Numbered from the stretch's first letter, positions 34,889 through 44,326 are shown. The stretch: 64,000 bases of DNA from a virus (IMGVR_UViG_3300021400_000141:321354-385353), one strand, 5' to 3'. Notes: generated from the sequence alone by a model not told the origin. Numbers and translations are program-made.

Positions 34889-35185
34889 TTACTTTTCCAT
34901 TGGTGGATAATGTTTATTGACCCAATCCACAAACAAATGGTCCAGAGCCCTGCGGGTACCAAAGTCGGACCACTTTTCGACAGGCATATTTGCGGACGGG
35001 GAGTTGAGTTTAATAACCATAGAGAGGTTTTCAAGAGGAATCGGCTTCGGTGCGTTCGGGTCTGGACCGCCGCTGTCCACACGGTAGCCTTCGAACAACT
35101 CGGGGTTGATACCGTGCTTCTTGAACATGGCGTTCATGGTTTCCTTGTAATAGTCGGGTTGCATGGGGAGGGTGATGTTGCTCAT
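34889..35185 (-). CDS. hypothetical protein
   Basis: 98 aa. Confidence 0.45.
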   Translation of the reverse strand: MSNITLPMQPDYYKETMNAMFKKHGINPELFEGYRVDSGGPDPNAPKPIPLENLSMVIKLNSPSANMPVEKWSDFGTRRALDHLFVDWVNKHYPPMEK

Positions 35186-35361
35186 GGGTAATCCTTTTTT
35201 AGATAGTCGTCACAGAGGTTTAAAATATGTATGATTGGGTTGTTTGTTATAATACGGCCACACGCAAAACAGTAGTTGAGGTGGTCTTTGGTTCCCTTGG
35301 ATAGGTCATCGTTAACATAGTCGTCTCCAGGGAACCGTTGACAGTAGGGGCAGAAGTCCAT
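35182..35361 (-). CDS. small zinc-ribbon protein (59 aa)
   Basis: below the cutoff; CPYC ... CFAC; its TGA overlaps the next ATG (ATGA). Confidence 0.4.
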   Translation of the reverse strand: MDFCPYCQRFPGDDYVNDDLSKGTKDHLNYCFACGRIITNNPIIHILNLCDDYLKKDYP

Positions 35362-35364
35362 AGG

Positions 35365-35502
35365 CTATCTATCCCCCCAATCTAAATCGTCGTCGAGATG
35401 GGACATGGCAACGATGCTTTCCTGCATCGCCTCGCCGCTCAATCTGCGTTCGAAATCGACCTGAACGGTCTCTTGACGCTTTTCGGTATTGTTTTCAGCC
35501 AT
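35365..35502 (-). CDS. small acidic protein (45 aa)
   Basis: start moved to the ATG with strong RBS aaggagg downstream of the promoter at 35524-35552; the track ORF start lies upstream of that promoter. Confidence 0.4.
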   Translation of the reverse strand: MAENNTEKRQETVQVDFERRLSGEAMQESIVAMSHLDDDLDWGDR

Positions 35503-35523
35503 GTTGGCCTCCTTTGGGTTGAT

Positions 35524-35552
35524 TACATGACTAAATATACATAAATAAATCA
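35524..35552 (-). promoter_or_regulatory. sigma70-type promoter with hairpin around the -35 (minus strand)
   Basis: minus strand reads atcacccgtgtcTTGACAtgggtgatttatttatgTATATTtag; inverted repeat atcaccc/gggtgat. Confidence 0.5.
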
Positions 35553-35599
35553 CCCATGTCAAGACACGGGTGATAAAAAAGTGAAATGTTTATAATTTT

Positions 35600-35944
35600 T
35601 TACATATGGGAGATGGCAGCGTGCTTCATTATGCAATCCTTGCAGATATAGAGGGAGGTCTTTCCGAGTTTCTTGTTTTCGGCTTCATCTACTGTATATA
35701 TGTCGATTCGGATGCTTGTGTCTGCACCGCAGTACCGACACTTCTGGTAAATGTACACTCTCGGTTTTCTTCCTTTGAACTTGTTCGGGTTATACGCCCC
35801 AGGACGCCTCGTCTTCAATGCAATCACCAGGGTGGTCGGGGAAACACCGAGCTTGGCAGCGGCGTCTTTTGCACACATGTGTTGAAGTCCTAGGTCTTCC
35901 CACATCGTGCAGATTTTTTCATATTTCTCTTCTGTTTGTGTCAT
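35600..35944 (-). CDS. HTH plus zinc-ribbon putative transcription regulator
   Basis: helix-turn-helix-like AAAKLGVSPTTLVIAL; CRYCG ... CKDC. Confidence 0.45.
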   Translation of the reverse strand: MTQTEEKYEKICTMWEDLGLQHMCAKDAAAKLGVSPTTLVIALKTRRPGAYNPNKFKGRKPRVYIYQKCRYCGADTSIRIDIYTVDEAENKKLGKTSLYICKDCIMKHAAISHM

Positions 35945-36257
35945 TTTTCTGCCTTGTCTTTTCTTTCTGGTATTCCCACTGTTGGAAGATTTCCTGTGGT
36001 GATTTGTGAGTGAAATTTAATTCTTTTTCCTTTTCGTCCAGTTCGAACTTGTACGCTAGGAAATGCTCGTGTTCTCGTTTCATCTGTTTGAACAGGCTGT
36101 CGGCGTTGTCTGCCATTATTTTTGCTACATGTTCCCAGAATTCGAGTTGGCTCATCGTAGGAACACCCTCTCTCAGGTACATCTTGAATGCAGCGTCGAT
36201 TTTCTCCTTGTATGAACCAAACGTGTTGGAGTATGCCTCGTTAATCTTATCTAGCAT
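35919..36257 (-). CDS. hypothetical protein
   Basis: 112 aa. Confidence 0.45.
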   Translation of the reverse strand: MLDKINEAYSNTFGSYKEKIDAAFKMYLREGVPTMSQLEFWEHVAKIMADNADSLFKQMKREHEHFLAYKFELDEKEKELNFTHKSPQEIFQQWEYQKEKTRQKNDTNRREI

Positions 36258-37057
36258 GGTTGTTCCCCCTTTGTCAACTTAATTCGTTCAATGCTGTACT
36301 TGACCTGCTCGGCAGATATTTCGCTGCCAAGGTACTGCATGCCTAATGCGACGGCACCGACAGCGGTTGTACCTGTGCCTATGAACGGGTCGAACACCAC
36401 GGTTTCCTTCTCTGGTGGAGCATACAGTTCCAACAGGGATGTCACCAGCTTGGTGCTGAATGCGGCCTTGTTGAGATTGTTCTTTCCGTCGTTGTTGGGA
36501 GCCTCGATAAAGTTGTAGAACGGGGAGTACATCTTCTGCCCAGTCGGCCTGACAGAAGACACCTTCTTGTTGGCCTTGAACGTCTTGAACTCGCCCGAGC
36601 GGGCGATGACATAGACGAACTCGCAGAGGCGTGTCGCCTTGTTCGGGGACTGGTTGTCAGGTAGCGCCGACTTCTTTTTCCATGTGATGACATCGGCGAT
36701 TGTAAACCCTTCCTGAATGATGCGGTTGAGCGCAAGGAACATCGCATTTGCGTTCTCGTTTCCGTAACTGGCGTTCCACAGGATTACACCGTTCGGTTTC
36801 AACACCTTGTCGAAACCCTTGAAACATTCCGCAACAAAGTCGCAATACTGGTCGTTGGTAAGGTTGTCGTCGTAGCCGTCGTATCTGGCGTAGGTGAACT
36901 CACCCTGCTTGGCATGAACCGTGTTTGTGTTGACCTTGGAGGAGCCCTTCTTGTTCGTGTTGTATGGAGGGGAGGTCAGGATTACATCGACGCAGCCCGC
37001 GTCCATCTCCTTCATGAGGTCCAGACAGTTCATGTTGTATATGGTATTAAATTCCAT
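36251..37057 (-). CDS. DNA methyltransferase (N6-adenine or N4-cytosine, beta class), orphan
   Basis: motif IV SPPY near the N-terminus and motif I DPFIGTGTTAVGA near the C-terminus; no adjacent endonuclease. Confidence 0.75.
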   Translation of the reverse strand: MEFNTIYNMNCLDLMKEMDAGCVDVILTSPPYNTNKKGSSKVNTNTVHAKQGEFTYARYDGYDDNLTNDQYCDFVAECFKGFDKVLKPNGVILWNASYGNENANAMFLALNRIIQEGFTIADVITWKKKSALPDNQSPNKATRLCEFVYVIARSGEFKTFKANKKVSSVRPTGQKMYSPFYNFIEAPNNDGKNNLNKAAFSTKLVTSLLELYAPPEKETVVFDPFIGTGTTAVGAVALGMQYLGSEISAEQVKYSIERIKLTKGEQPC

Positions 37058-37081
37058 TCTGTTTCCTGTACAGTTTCTATA

Positions 37082-37110
37082 AATGTAGATAATTAATTAC
37101 TATTTGTCAA
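37082..37110 (-). promoter_or_regulatory. sigma70-type promoter for the methyltransferase (TTGACA, 17 nt, TACATT)
   Basis: minus strand reads cccTTGACAaatagtaattaattatcTACATTtat. Confidence 0.45.
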
Positions 37111-37280
37111 GGGTGGAGTCTATCCAATCTTCGTTTCGTTTCGCCTCGGTATAGGCGGCAAAGATGAGGGGGCTGAGAATTGCGACCCCGAGCATGAAAA
37201 TAGTTGCCAATACAGTATCTGCTATTCTTTTGAGCATGTCTTTTCCAAGTATATTTCCCTATTTAATTTATAATTTTCGG

Positions 37281-37309
37281 TTGACAGATTTAATTACATA
37301 TTGTATATT
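37281..37309 (+). promoter_or_regulatory. sigma70-type promoter (TTGACA, 17 nt, TATATT)
   Basis: cggTTGACAgatttaattacatattgTATATTatatgg. Confidence 0.5.
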
Positions 37310-37339
37310 ATATGGTGGATTTAACTAATGAGGAAACCA

Positions 37340-37564
37340 ATGATTGAGATTACCAAGCCTGGAAAGAAACCAGAGCCAGAAAAGAGAGCTGTATTGACAT
37401 TCACTTGCCCGAATTGCGGATGCGAGTTTCGTACGGACGAGTATAGCAAATGTGCGGAACGTTGCCCGAACGGTCGCCGCTGGATTGAAGTCAAGTGCCC
37501 TGAAAAGGATTGCTGCAACACTTTCTCCGTGGAAGATAAACATGCCAAGGCTGTTCTGGGGTGA
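37340..37564 (+). CDS. small zinc-ribbon protein
   Basis: CPNCGCEF ... CPNGRRW ... CPEKDCC; RBS tgaggaaacc. Confidence 0.45.
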   Translation: MIEITKPGKKPEPEKRAVLTFTCPNCGCEFRTDEYSKCAERCPNGRRWIEVKCPEKDCCNTFSVEDKHAKAVLG

Positions 37565-37591
37565 TATGGACAATCAGGCATTTCTGTTCGA

Positions 37592-37627
37592 GAAGAAGAA
37601 GAAGAAGAAGAAGAAGAAGAAGAAAAG
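37592..37627. repeat. (GAA)11-12 trinucleotide microsatellite
   Basis: perfect gaagaagaa... run in a 357-bp region with no convincing gene. Confidence 0.9.
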
Positions 37628-37921
37628 CACCCTCTTTCCAGGCAGTATTAAGTATGGAATTTCTTAATGGAAGCGAATTGTTTCACATGCACAGTGGGCA
37701 TTTCACGATACTCCAGCTGTGGCTTGGCGAACGTGTCTTTGACATCAGTTATTATCCGCAGCACACATTTCATTTCTGGTGCCATTCAAACGGGGCCGTG
37801 AAAGGTAAAGACAGTTGCCTTGACTTGAACCTGCATATTCTTGGCGTTTTCTTTTCGTATACCGATTACGGCTATTATCGCTACAAGAGGAGAAAATAAT
37901 GATTTTCACTAAGGAGAATTT

Positions 37922-38170
37922 ATGAACGCCGTCAGGCATGAATTCTGTGATAATAATACCCTGTTGAAGTATTATGATGCACAAGACCGTATTGTAGAAA
38001 TTGCATTCATTACCTCTGGAAACGGATGCACAATCCAGTATGACGTATCCCTGGAACGACCAGATGAACGCATAGTCCGTTGGGACAACGGGGAAGTGTT
38101 CCGTACTTGGACAGAAGAGGGAAAGACCAAGTTTGTGAGGCTGAACGATGTGCAAGAGTGGCACTACTGA
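37922..38170 (+). CDS. hypothetical protein
   Basis: strong RBS ctaaggag; 82 aa. Confidence 0.5.
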   Translation: MNAVRHEFCDNNTLLKYYDAQDRIVEIAFITSGNGCTIQYDVSLERPDERIVRWDNGEVFRTWTEEGKTKFVRLNDVQEWHY

Positions 38171-38326
38171 GTTGCACCCATTTGATATACGGAAGTTCGA
38201 ACTGTATACTGGACGAGGCATTTCTGCTGCATACAATGCTGGTGGCTACGAGGGTGCCAAGAAATTCTATGAAACCGAAACGGGAAGCTCGTTCGAAAAA
38301 GACCTTGAAAAAGCGAGGAAGTATTA

Positions 38327-38568
38327 TGAAAGTGAAAATAACAAACAAGAAAGATGAGACTGATTCATACTCGTTAAACCTATCCAAGGCGTTTGGAGTC
38401 AGGCGTATGGGAGATGCGTTAATCGTGTATTATCCTGGGTATAATACCATGTTTTCGTTTCCGTCAAAACAATATAAGTTTGAAGAAGTCGAAATGTCGG
38501 CTGATGGTCGGGCTCATTATAGCGAGCGTAATATTGAGGAAATAGCAGAGTATTTCCTGTATGATTGA
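38327..38568 (+). CDS. hypothetical protein
   Basis: ATG after gaggaag; competes with the overlapping frame 38148-38357. Confidence 0.35.
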
Positions 38569-38607
38569 CATCATCTGAAAAAATATAGAAAATTTAAACA
38601 ACCCCCC

Positions 38608-38636
38608 TTGACAAAGGGGGTTTAATTATCTATATT
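38608..38636 (+). promoter_or_regulatory. sigma70-type promoter with hairpin around the -35 and conserved TTTAATTATCTATATT core
   Basis: aaccccccTTGACAaagggggtttaattatcTATATTatt. Confidence 0.55.
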
Positions 38637-38665
38637 ATTCAAGTAAACACAAAAAGGAACCAAAA

Positions 38666-39091
38666 ATGAAAGCACCGAAAAAGACAATCAATGTCATTGT
38701 GAATCCTACAAAGGGAGCAATCGAGCGTATTGCAAGCGTCAGGTTGATTCGTGGGTACGATGACGGTCGCATCAAGAAACAATTTGCCAAAGTGGACGGA
38801 TGCGCTATTTTATATCCTGAAACACATCTCATGCCGAAGGATGCTGCTGTTCGTACAAAGAATGTTATTGACCTGTTCCTTGAAAGTGATGGAACTGAGT
38901 TTAACATACTCACTGTATCGACCGATGTATGCATTCTCGCACACGATTACGGTAAACACAAGAAGTGCAAGGTGAAGTTGTCCTATCAGGACAAACCGTC
39001 TACACTTGCAAAAGTGTTCAAGAAGTTCAATGAATTTTTCACTTACAATGCCAGGGTGACTGAAGACATAGACAGTATTTGGCATGAGTAA
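38666..39091 (+). CDS. hypothetical protein
   Basis: RBS aaaaagga; 141 aa. Confidence 0.5.
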   Translation: MKAPKKTINVIVNPTKGAIERIASVRLIRGYDDGRIKKQFAKVDGCAILYPETHLMPKDAAVRTKNVIDLFLESDGTEFNILTVSTDVCILAHDYGKHKKCKVKLSYQDKPSTLAKVFKKFNEFFTYNARVTEDIDSIWHE

Positions 39092-39108
39092 CCAAAAGAG
39101 AGGAAATC

Positions 39109-39417
39109 ATGGCATACAAATCATTCGACGAAAATGCCAAGGAACTCGGGGGCATAACAAACAAGGAGAACAACATGACGGAAACAAAGGAAACCATCCC
39201 ACAGCGCATCACGCTTGACGGCGTGGAAGTTCGCAATATCGAAATTCATGATGGCCAGTTCGACAGTCACTATGAAGACCTGGTTAGCCTGGAGGATGTC
39301 GAGCGCCTCGTTGAGCAGGCGAATTGCCTCATTTGCCTTAGCGAAGGCAAGGCCTCTGGCCTCCAATATGCGCTTAACGCGCTTCTTGAAAAGACACACA
39401 AGTCCAATAAAGGTTAA
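39109..39417 (+). CDS. hypothetical protein
   Basis: RBS agagagga. Confidence 0.5.
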   Translation: MAYKSFDENAKELGGITNKENNMTETKETIPQRITLDGVEVRNIEIHDGQFDSHYEDLVSLEDVERLVEQANCLICLSEGKASGLQYALNALLEKTHKSNKG

Positions 39418-39430
39418 AAGGAGTTAAAAA

Positions 39431-39814
39431 ATGGAATACAAATCATTCGAAGAAAAAATCAAGGACTATGATGCCCGTAGCGACATACACTACCATGTGT
39501 ATTTCAGTTCTGCATCGTACACCTATTGCGTGGACGTGCTTCAGTTCAAGAAGAAGTCCGATATCAAGAACGACTTATACAAGAACAAGAAGTATTATTC
39601 CACTTATGCGGAAGCACAGGCAGTCGCTGATAAGCTCAATGCAAAGGACACCGATGTTGGCCATCTTTTCGGCAGGGCTGCAAGTGAATTTGAGCATAAG
39701 ATGTATGAACTCCTTAAAATGGGAGGAATGACAGAGGCCCAGAAGTATGCTATTGAAGCGGCGAATGCTAATGTGCATGCGCTAACCAAGCTTATCAACG
39801 ACGAGCACTTCTAA
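39431..39814 (+). CDS. hypothetical protein
   Basis: RBS aaaggag. Confidence 0.5.
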   Translation: MEYKSFEEKIKDYDARSDIHYHVYFSSASYTYCVDVLQFKKKSDIKNDLYKNKKYYSTYAEAQAVADKLNAKDTDVGHLFGRAASEFEHKMYELLKMGGMTEAQKYAIEAANANVHALTKLINDEHF

Positions 39815-40074
39815 TGCGTTGCAACGGATGTCCATACGAAAGTTACGACTACCAGGAAGGATACCCGACCTGCAGACTGTTCGGTGATGACGACGAATTC
39901 ATCTACGAGAACGCAAAGGGCGAACTCGGATGTAGGTTCAACCAACGTGGCTTGCAAAAGTACATCAGGATGCATGAGGCAGAAGAAGAGGAAATCGTCA
40001 GACAGATGGGCGATTTCGCCAAATGGTATGAAGAAACATATAAAACCCAATCCAATCAGGAAAACGCCAAGTAA
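39814..40074 (+). CDS. hypothetical protein
   Basis: stop/start overlap; C-x2-C ... C pattern (CNGCPYE, CRLF). Confidence 0.45.
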   Translation: MRCNGCPYESYDYQEGYPTCRLFGDDDEFIYENAKGELGCRFNQRGLQKYIRMHEAEEEEIVRQMGDFAKWYEETYKTQSNQENAK

Positions 40075-40087
40075 AGGAAACTGAATT

Positions 40088-40570
40088 ATGTACATGATGA
40101 GAAGAGTACACGCTGAGCAGAGCCCAAAAGGCGGCCACATGAATGTCTGGGTAATGCAGTGGAAACACGCTGACCTCAACGAATTGATTAAAAAGGCCAG
40201 ATTCAACCTTGACCCGTTCAAGGAAGTTCCTGGTTGCTGCATGTGGGAAGACCACTCCCCTGACCAGAATAAGTTGCCAGGATGCGTGTGGCAGGGCCGT
40301 GTGGACGAGAATTTCGAATGGAACGACAGTATTGTTCACGGGATTACCCACTGCATGATTTTCAACATCTCGAAATGCTGGTACAGTTCCGTTCTGTCCC
40401 GAGAGACGAGCGATTGCGACAACGCCCTTATCCGTTTCAACTGCAAGTTTGATGATGAAGTATACCCGTCGTTCGCCACAATCAAGGAATGCGTGGACTA
40501 CCTGACAAGCCCAGAGGGTATCGGGATATGTAGCAACAGAGATATCAAACCTGTGGAGGTTGACAAATGA
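40088..40570 (+). CDS. Cys-rich hypothetical protein
   Basis: RBS aaggaaa; many Cys/His residues. Confidence 0.5.
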   Translation: MYMMRRVHAEQSPKGGHMNVWVMQWKHADLNELIKKARFNLDPFKEVPGCCMWEDHSPDQNKLPGCVWQGRVDENFEWNDSIVHGITHCMIFNISKCWYSSVLSRETSDCDNALIRFNCKFDDEVYPSFATIKECVDYLTSPEGIGICSNRDIKPVEVDK

Positions 40571-40767
40571 CAGCGTTATACATCGGTATCTACATCATCG
40601 TCGCACTCGTAATCTATCTCGCCGCACTGTTCGCATGGGCGTTTGGCTTCGGGATGGCTTATCCCTATGCCAAATGGTATCACTGGTCCAACCTCGGATG
40701 CGCATGCATTATGTTCGGATATCCCATCGCTGCAATCGCAGCAGGAATTCTAATCTTCGCTCGATAA
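40567..40767 (+). CDS. small membrane protein
   Basis: two hydrophobic helices; ATGA overlap with the previous gene. Confidence 0.45.
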   Translation: MTALYIGIYIIVALVIYLAALFAWAFGFGMAYPYAKWYHWSNLGCACIMFGYPIAAIAAGILIFAR

Positions 40768-40794
40768 AAAATCATAAAATTTACATAAACCCGC

Positions 40795-40823
40795 TTGACA
40801 AGGCGGGTTTAATTGTCTATATT
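40795..40823 (+). promoter_or_regulatory. sigma70-type promoter with hairpin around the -35
   Basis: aaacccgcTTGACAaggcgggtttaattgtcTATATTaac. Confidence 0.55.
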
Positions 40824-40859
40824 AACACATGTAGCACACAAACAAAAAAAGGAACAAAC

Positions 40860-41576
40860 ATGCTTGCATATCTCAAATGGTTATTTACCCCGAAGTCCCG
40901 TCCTGCCTATGTTTTGGACTGGTTCAACAAGAATATCGCAGTGAATCCCAAGTTGGCTCCCTTCATGGGCAGATTGAAGGTGGAAACTGCACAGGATGAA
41001 CTTCGGTTCATCGTATCATCAGGTATCTATAGCAATAAACAACTGTGGGAAGTTCATTGCACTAATGTGAAGCGTCTGTACACTCGTGCAATGGAATACC
41101 CGAATGCGAAACAGGGGGATTCCTTGATTGACAGCATCATCTATCATATTAAAGAGGTGGATGCTGCGGTAAAGTCGTTGGACAAGTATTTTCTCCGTAT
41201 TTTTGACAACTCTAATTTTAATCTGACTGACTTTGATTACAGTTCATCTACGTTTGGCCAAGTGTCTTTGTGCCCTGCTGGTGTTCTTCCTCTGATGGAG
41301 GCGACTGAAAAGGATATCAAGAGGCAGGGTAACCATTTGTACAATGATGAACTTGCTCTGAAGGCAGACCTCGGTAATTATTATAACTACATTATCAAAG
41401 AATTTTCGAAGCGGCTTAACGGTCGTAAGCCTAAGGCAAGTTCCCCTCATATTGATGTCAAGACATTTGAAGAATGGCGTATAGACAGAGACATTATTGC
41501 CAAGGCTGATGCGGAAGAAGAACGGTTGAGCAAGGCCTGTACCAAGGTTCTTGACGACATAAGTAGAGGAAAATAA
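40860..41576 (+). CDS. hypothetical protein
   Basis: start set at the ATG downstream of the promoter with RBS aaaaaggaac; the track ORF has a 100-aa spurious N-terminal extension. Confidence 0.5.
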   Translation: MLAYLKWLFTPKSRPAYVLDWFNKNIAVNPKLAPFMGRLKVETAQDELRFIVSSGIYSNKQLWEVHCTNVKRLYTRAMEYPNAKQGDSLIDSIIYHIKEVDAAVKSLDKYFLRIFDNSNFNLTDFDYSSSTFGQVSLCPAGVLPLMEATEKDIKRQGNHLYNDELALKADLGNYYNYIIKEFSKRLNGRKPKASSPHIDVKTFEEWRIDRDIIAKADAEEERLSKACTKVLDDISRGK

Positions 41577-41577
41577 T

Positions 41578-41985
41578 ATGAAAACACTTTTCTATGTTCG
41601 CTCGGCTATGCTCACCCTGTTTGAAGCATATCCTGATGACCCGAAGACTGGTTGGATGGCGGGGCGTGAATGCCTAGGTTCCACCAATCTGGATTACCGT
41701 GGTAAGTACGACTCGATTGCATCCCTGCTAACCTACATATCCCCTAATGACACATACTATCCCATTAGCGAATGGGAAGTGTCCAATGTTGAGGATGGCG
41801 GGTTCCTGCTTAACTTGGATGTACTTGTTGACCACAATAAGCTCGCACCGTCGCCCGACCGTATTAAAGCGTGGAAGGAAGGTCATGCACACTTGTGCCA
41901 TGGCTACTATTCCATCGAGGTGAAGGCACAGCGTATCGAGGATATTTCCGCAGACGAACTGCAGAAACTTATTGAAAAGGCATGA
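41578..41985 (+). CDS. hypothetical protein
   Basis: RBS gaggaaa. Confidence 0.5.
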   Translation: MKTLFYVRSAMLTLFEAYPDDPKTGWMAGRECLGSTNLDYRGKYDSIASLLTYISPNDTYYPISEWEVSNVEDGGFLLNLDVLVDHNKLAPSPDRIKAWKEGHAHLCHGYYSIEVKAQRIEDISADELQKLIEKA

Positions 41986-41992
41986 GGAAACC

Positions 41993-42568
41993 ATGAGAAA
42001 AGCGGCAGCAAAAAAGATAAAGGCGCTTGAAGACAAGATTGATGCCTTGCGAAACAAGCAGGATGAAATCAGGCATAAGGAATGGGAATATGAAGAGGCC
42101 GAAGAGAAACGTAAGTGGATGAAGGACAATGCCGAGTGCATTCCGTTCTGTAAGGCTCTTGTAGGCAAGGCATTCACCTTTGGCGATTCTGTGATAAAGC
42201 ATCATACGGACACGGAGAATGGTGTTGTCACCAGTGAATATGATTATATCAGCATCTATTTTGCAAAGATAGTCAGCTATCGTGAGAAGTCTAAGGTGTG
42301 CATGGCGGTCAGGCACATGTACAGTGGTGACACATACGCCACATTAGATGACAACACTGAGATGTTCATTAGTTTGGAAAAGCGTGGCAAAGACTGGATG
42401 GCCGATGAACGTGGCAGAAGTTTCCTCGGAAAGGTGCATGTATTAACCGATGAAGAACTGCAGGAAGCGTTCGCATTCTGGGAAAAACGTATGTCCGAAC
42501 TTGGGCGTAATGCGTTTATCGACCCTTCCAAGAACAGGTGGGTATGCCCGACGTTGTCGAATAAATGA
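41993..42568 (+). CDS. hypothetical protein
   Basis: ATG after gaggaaacc. Confidence 0.5.
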   Translation: MRKAAAKKIKALEDKIDALRNKQDEIRHKEWEYEEAEEKRKWMKDNAECIPFCKALVGKAFTFGDSVIKHHTDTENGVVTSEYDYISIYFAKIVSYREKSKVCMAVRHMYSGDTYATLDDNTEMFISLEKRGKDWMADERGRSFLGKVHVLTDEELQEAFAFWEKRMSELGRNAFIDPSKNRWVCPTLSNK

Positions 42569-42579
42569 CTGAGGTAAAT

Positions 42580-43152
42580 ATGCAAAAACGAATGAAGACT
42601 AAAAAAGATTATGATGCGGCCATGGACGCTATCGATTGCAAGCTTGCACAGATTAGCAAGACCGCTGATGAACTGGAAGCCAAGCGGAGAGCGCTGCAGA
42701 ATAAAAAGAGGGCTAAGTTCGACCCAGAATACCGTGCCGAACAGGCAAGGCGACGGAAAGTCAACGCCGAGCGCAAAAGATTGATAGCGGACGCCGCCAA
42801 GAAGTTCGTCGGCAAATGGGTGTTCCTTGACGACGGAACGTACATACATATTTGTGGCGTAGACGCTCCTACGAAAGAATCCTCCAGTGGAGAATACCAG
42901 GGTGAAGGATATCTCGTGTTTCCTACGCACTACGACATAAGCGTTGTGGCTGGCGACGGTAACGTCAAAATAGCCAATGGAACGTCAAAGAACCATGGAG
43001 TGGTATATCTCACCTTATATGCTGAGGACGTGATTAAAGTACCAAAGAAGGATGTCATGGAAGACCTGGAGAGCAAATTGGGTGATGTAATGTCCAACTA
43101 CAAGGCATTGTGCAAGCGGATGAAATGGAAACCTTCCGTATGCAAAGCATGA
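42580..43152 (+). CDS. hypothetical protein
   Basis: ATG after gaggtaaat. Confidence 0.5.
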   Translation: MQKRMKTKKDYDAAMDAIDCKLAQISKTADELEAKRRALQNKKRAKFDPEYRAEQARRRKVNAERKRLIADAAKKFVGKWVFLDDGTYIHICGVDAPTKESSSGEYQGEGYLVFPTHYDISVVAGDGNVKIANGTSKNHGVVYLTLYAEDVIKVPKKDVMEDLESKLGDVMSNYKALCKRMKWKPSVCKA

Positions 43153-43177
43153 CGTGTGTTTTTTTTGCATAAACCCC

Positions 43178-43206
43178 TTGACAAGAGGGGTTTAATTATC
43201 TATATT
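43178..43206 (+). promoter_or_regulatory. sigma70-type promoter with hairpin around the -35
   Basis: aaaccccTTGACAagaggggtttaattatcTATATTatg. Confidence 0.55.
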
Positions 43207-43247
43207 ATGTCGTGTAGAATGCACAAAGGCATCAAAAAGGAGTTATT

Positions 43248-43772
43248 ATGTATTCCGAAATTCAAGACGGGCCTGCACGTATCGGAACATCCAAGTTTTT
43301 CTTCGATGTGTGGTATAAGATAACCAATGAAAAAGCGTTGGTTCCGTGTGGGTATTGCGGGAATGGTTGGAATGCCGATTCCAACGAGCCGCCCAAGACT
43401 TATTTTGTTGGTGACTATTCCAGGGAACAGTTCAACTCGGTGCTGTTTCGATTGAGTATCTCGAAATCTTCATTGTGGGAAGGCAAATATGATGTCAAGG
43501 TGCTTTGCTTTGCCGACACCAGAGAGTGCGGGGCTGAAACTATCGTCTATATGAAGACTGATGACCCAAATAAGATTGAGGCTCGCATGTTCGAATATGC
43601 AGCCGACGTGCTTTCCCGTTCTGGTGCTGTATTGGACCATGAATTGAACCAGAAGGATTTCGAATCACGTAAAGAAAAGATTGCTACCATGCAGGCGTAT
43701 AACGACAAGTTGGCCAGAATTATGCAAATCGATAAAATCGGTAAAAACTTGAAAGAGCTTTTTCATAACTAG
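43248..43772 (+). CDS. hypothetical protein
   Basis: RBS aaaaaggag; 174 aa. Confidence 0.5.
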   Translation: MYSEIQDGPARIGTSKFFFDVWYKITNEKALVPCGYCGNGWNADSNEPPKTYFVGDYSREQFNSVLFRLSISKSSLWEGKYDVKVLCFADTRECGAETIVYMKTDDPNKIEARMFEYAADVLSRSGAVLDHELNQKDFESRKEKIATMQAYNDKLARIMQIDKIGKNLKELFHN

Positions 43773-43780
43773 GAGTTAAC

Positions 43781-44326
43781 ATGGCTGTAAAACTACCAGA
43801 TGAGCCTAAACAGTTGAAATCCCTTTGTGAAAGGTATCAGAAGCAAGTCAAGGAACTCACGCAGAAGTGCGAACGCGAGAACCTAAAATGGGGGATGGAG
43901 GAATACTATCTCACCCAGAAGATTCGTGACTTCGAGAAGCTATGCGAGAACAACGACATTGGTTTCGACATCGTGAACGAGCTTGACAAAAAGCGTCGCC
44001 ACCTGCCAAGTGCCAAGAAAGAGCCTGTCACCGAGGAACAGTTCCTGTCGGTGTTCACTCATTATTACCCTCATGCCTATATTCACAATGTGGATGATAA
44101 AGACTTCGACGATATCTGGGTTCGTGCCAAAGGATTTTGGGAGGCCGACAGAATACTGTACAGCCGTTCCGATAAGGAAATCCGCATGTGGAGAACCAAA
44201 GGCCAATATGACTACCATTTCAATTCAATCAAGGAATTTGAATGCTGGTTAGAGAGAGCGCTGTTTAGAGACAGAGAATTTGAAAGAAAGAGTGAAAATA
44301 ATGAAGAGGCAAGGTGTACAATTTGA
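43781..44326 (+). CDS. hypothetical protein
   Basis: RBS taggag. Confidence 0.5.
   Translation: MAVKLPDEPKQLKSLCERYQKQVKELTQKCERENLKWGMEEYYLTQKIRDFEKLCENNDIGFDIVNELDKKRRHLPSAKKEPVTEEQFLSVFTHYYPHAYIHNVDDKDFDDIWVRAKGFWEADRILYSRSDKEIRMWRTKGQYDYHFNSIKEFECWLERALFRDREFERKSENNEEARCTI

Noticed and set aside
35503-35562. Track start of the minus ORF 35365-35562
   Set aside because: A perfect minus-strand promoter (35524-35552) and RBS aaggagg lie inside it. The real gene is most likely the 45-aa ORF starting at 35502.
37452-37899. ORFs reading through the GAA repeat (poly-K 37452-37667, poly-R 37561-37899)
   Set aside because: GTG or weak starts and no RBS. They overlap a well-supported upstream gene or depend on the microsatellite for most of their length. 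Treated as non-coding.
38148-38357. 69-aa ORF overlapping 38327-38568 in another frame
   Set aside because: It has no RBS. The competing frame has a gaggaag RBS and tiles better. Neither is strongly supported.
40560-40859. 100-aa N-terminal extension of the track ORF 40560-41576
   Set aside because: A consensus promoter and RBS lie inside it, directly upstream of the ATG at 40860. The upstream part overlaps gene 40567-40767 in another frame.
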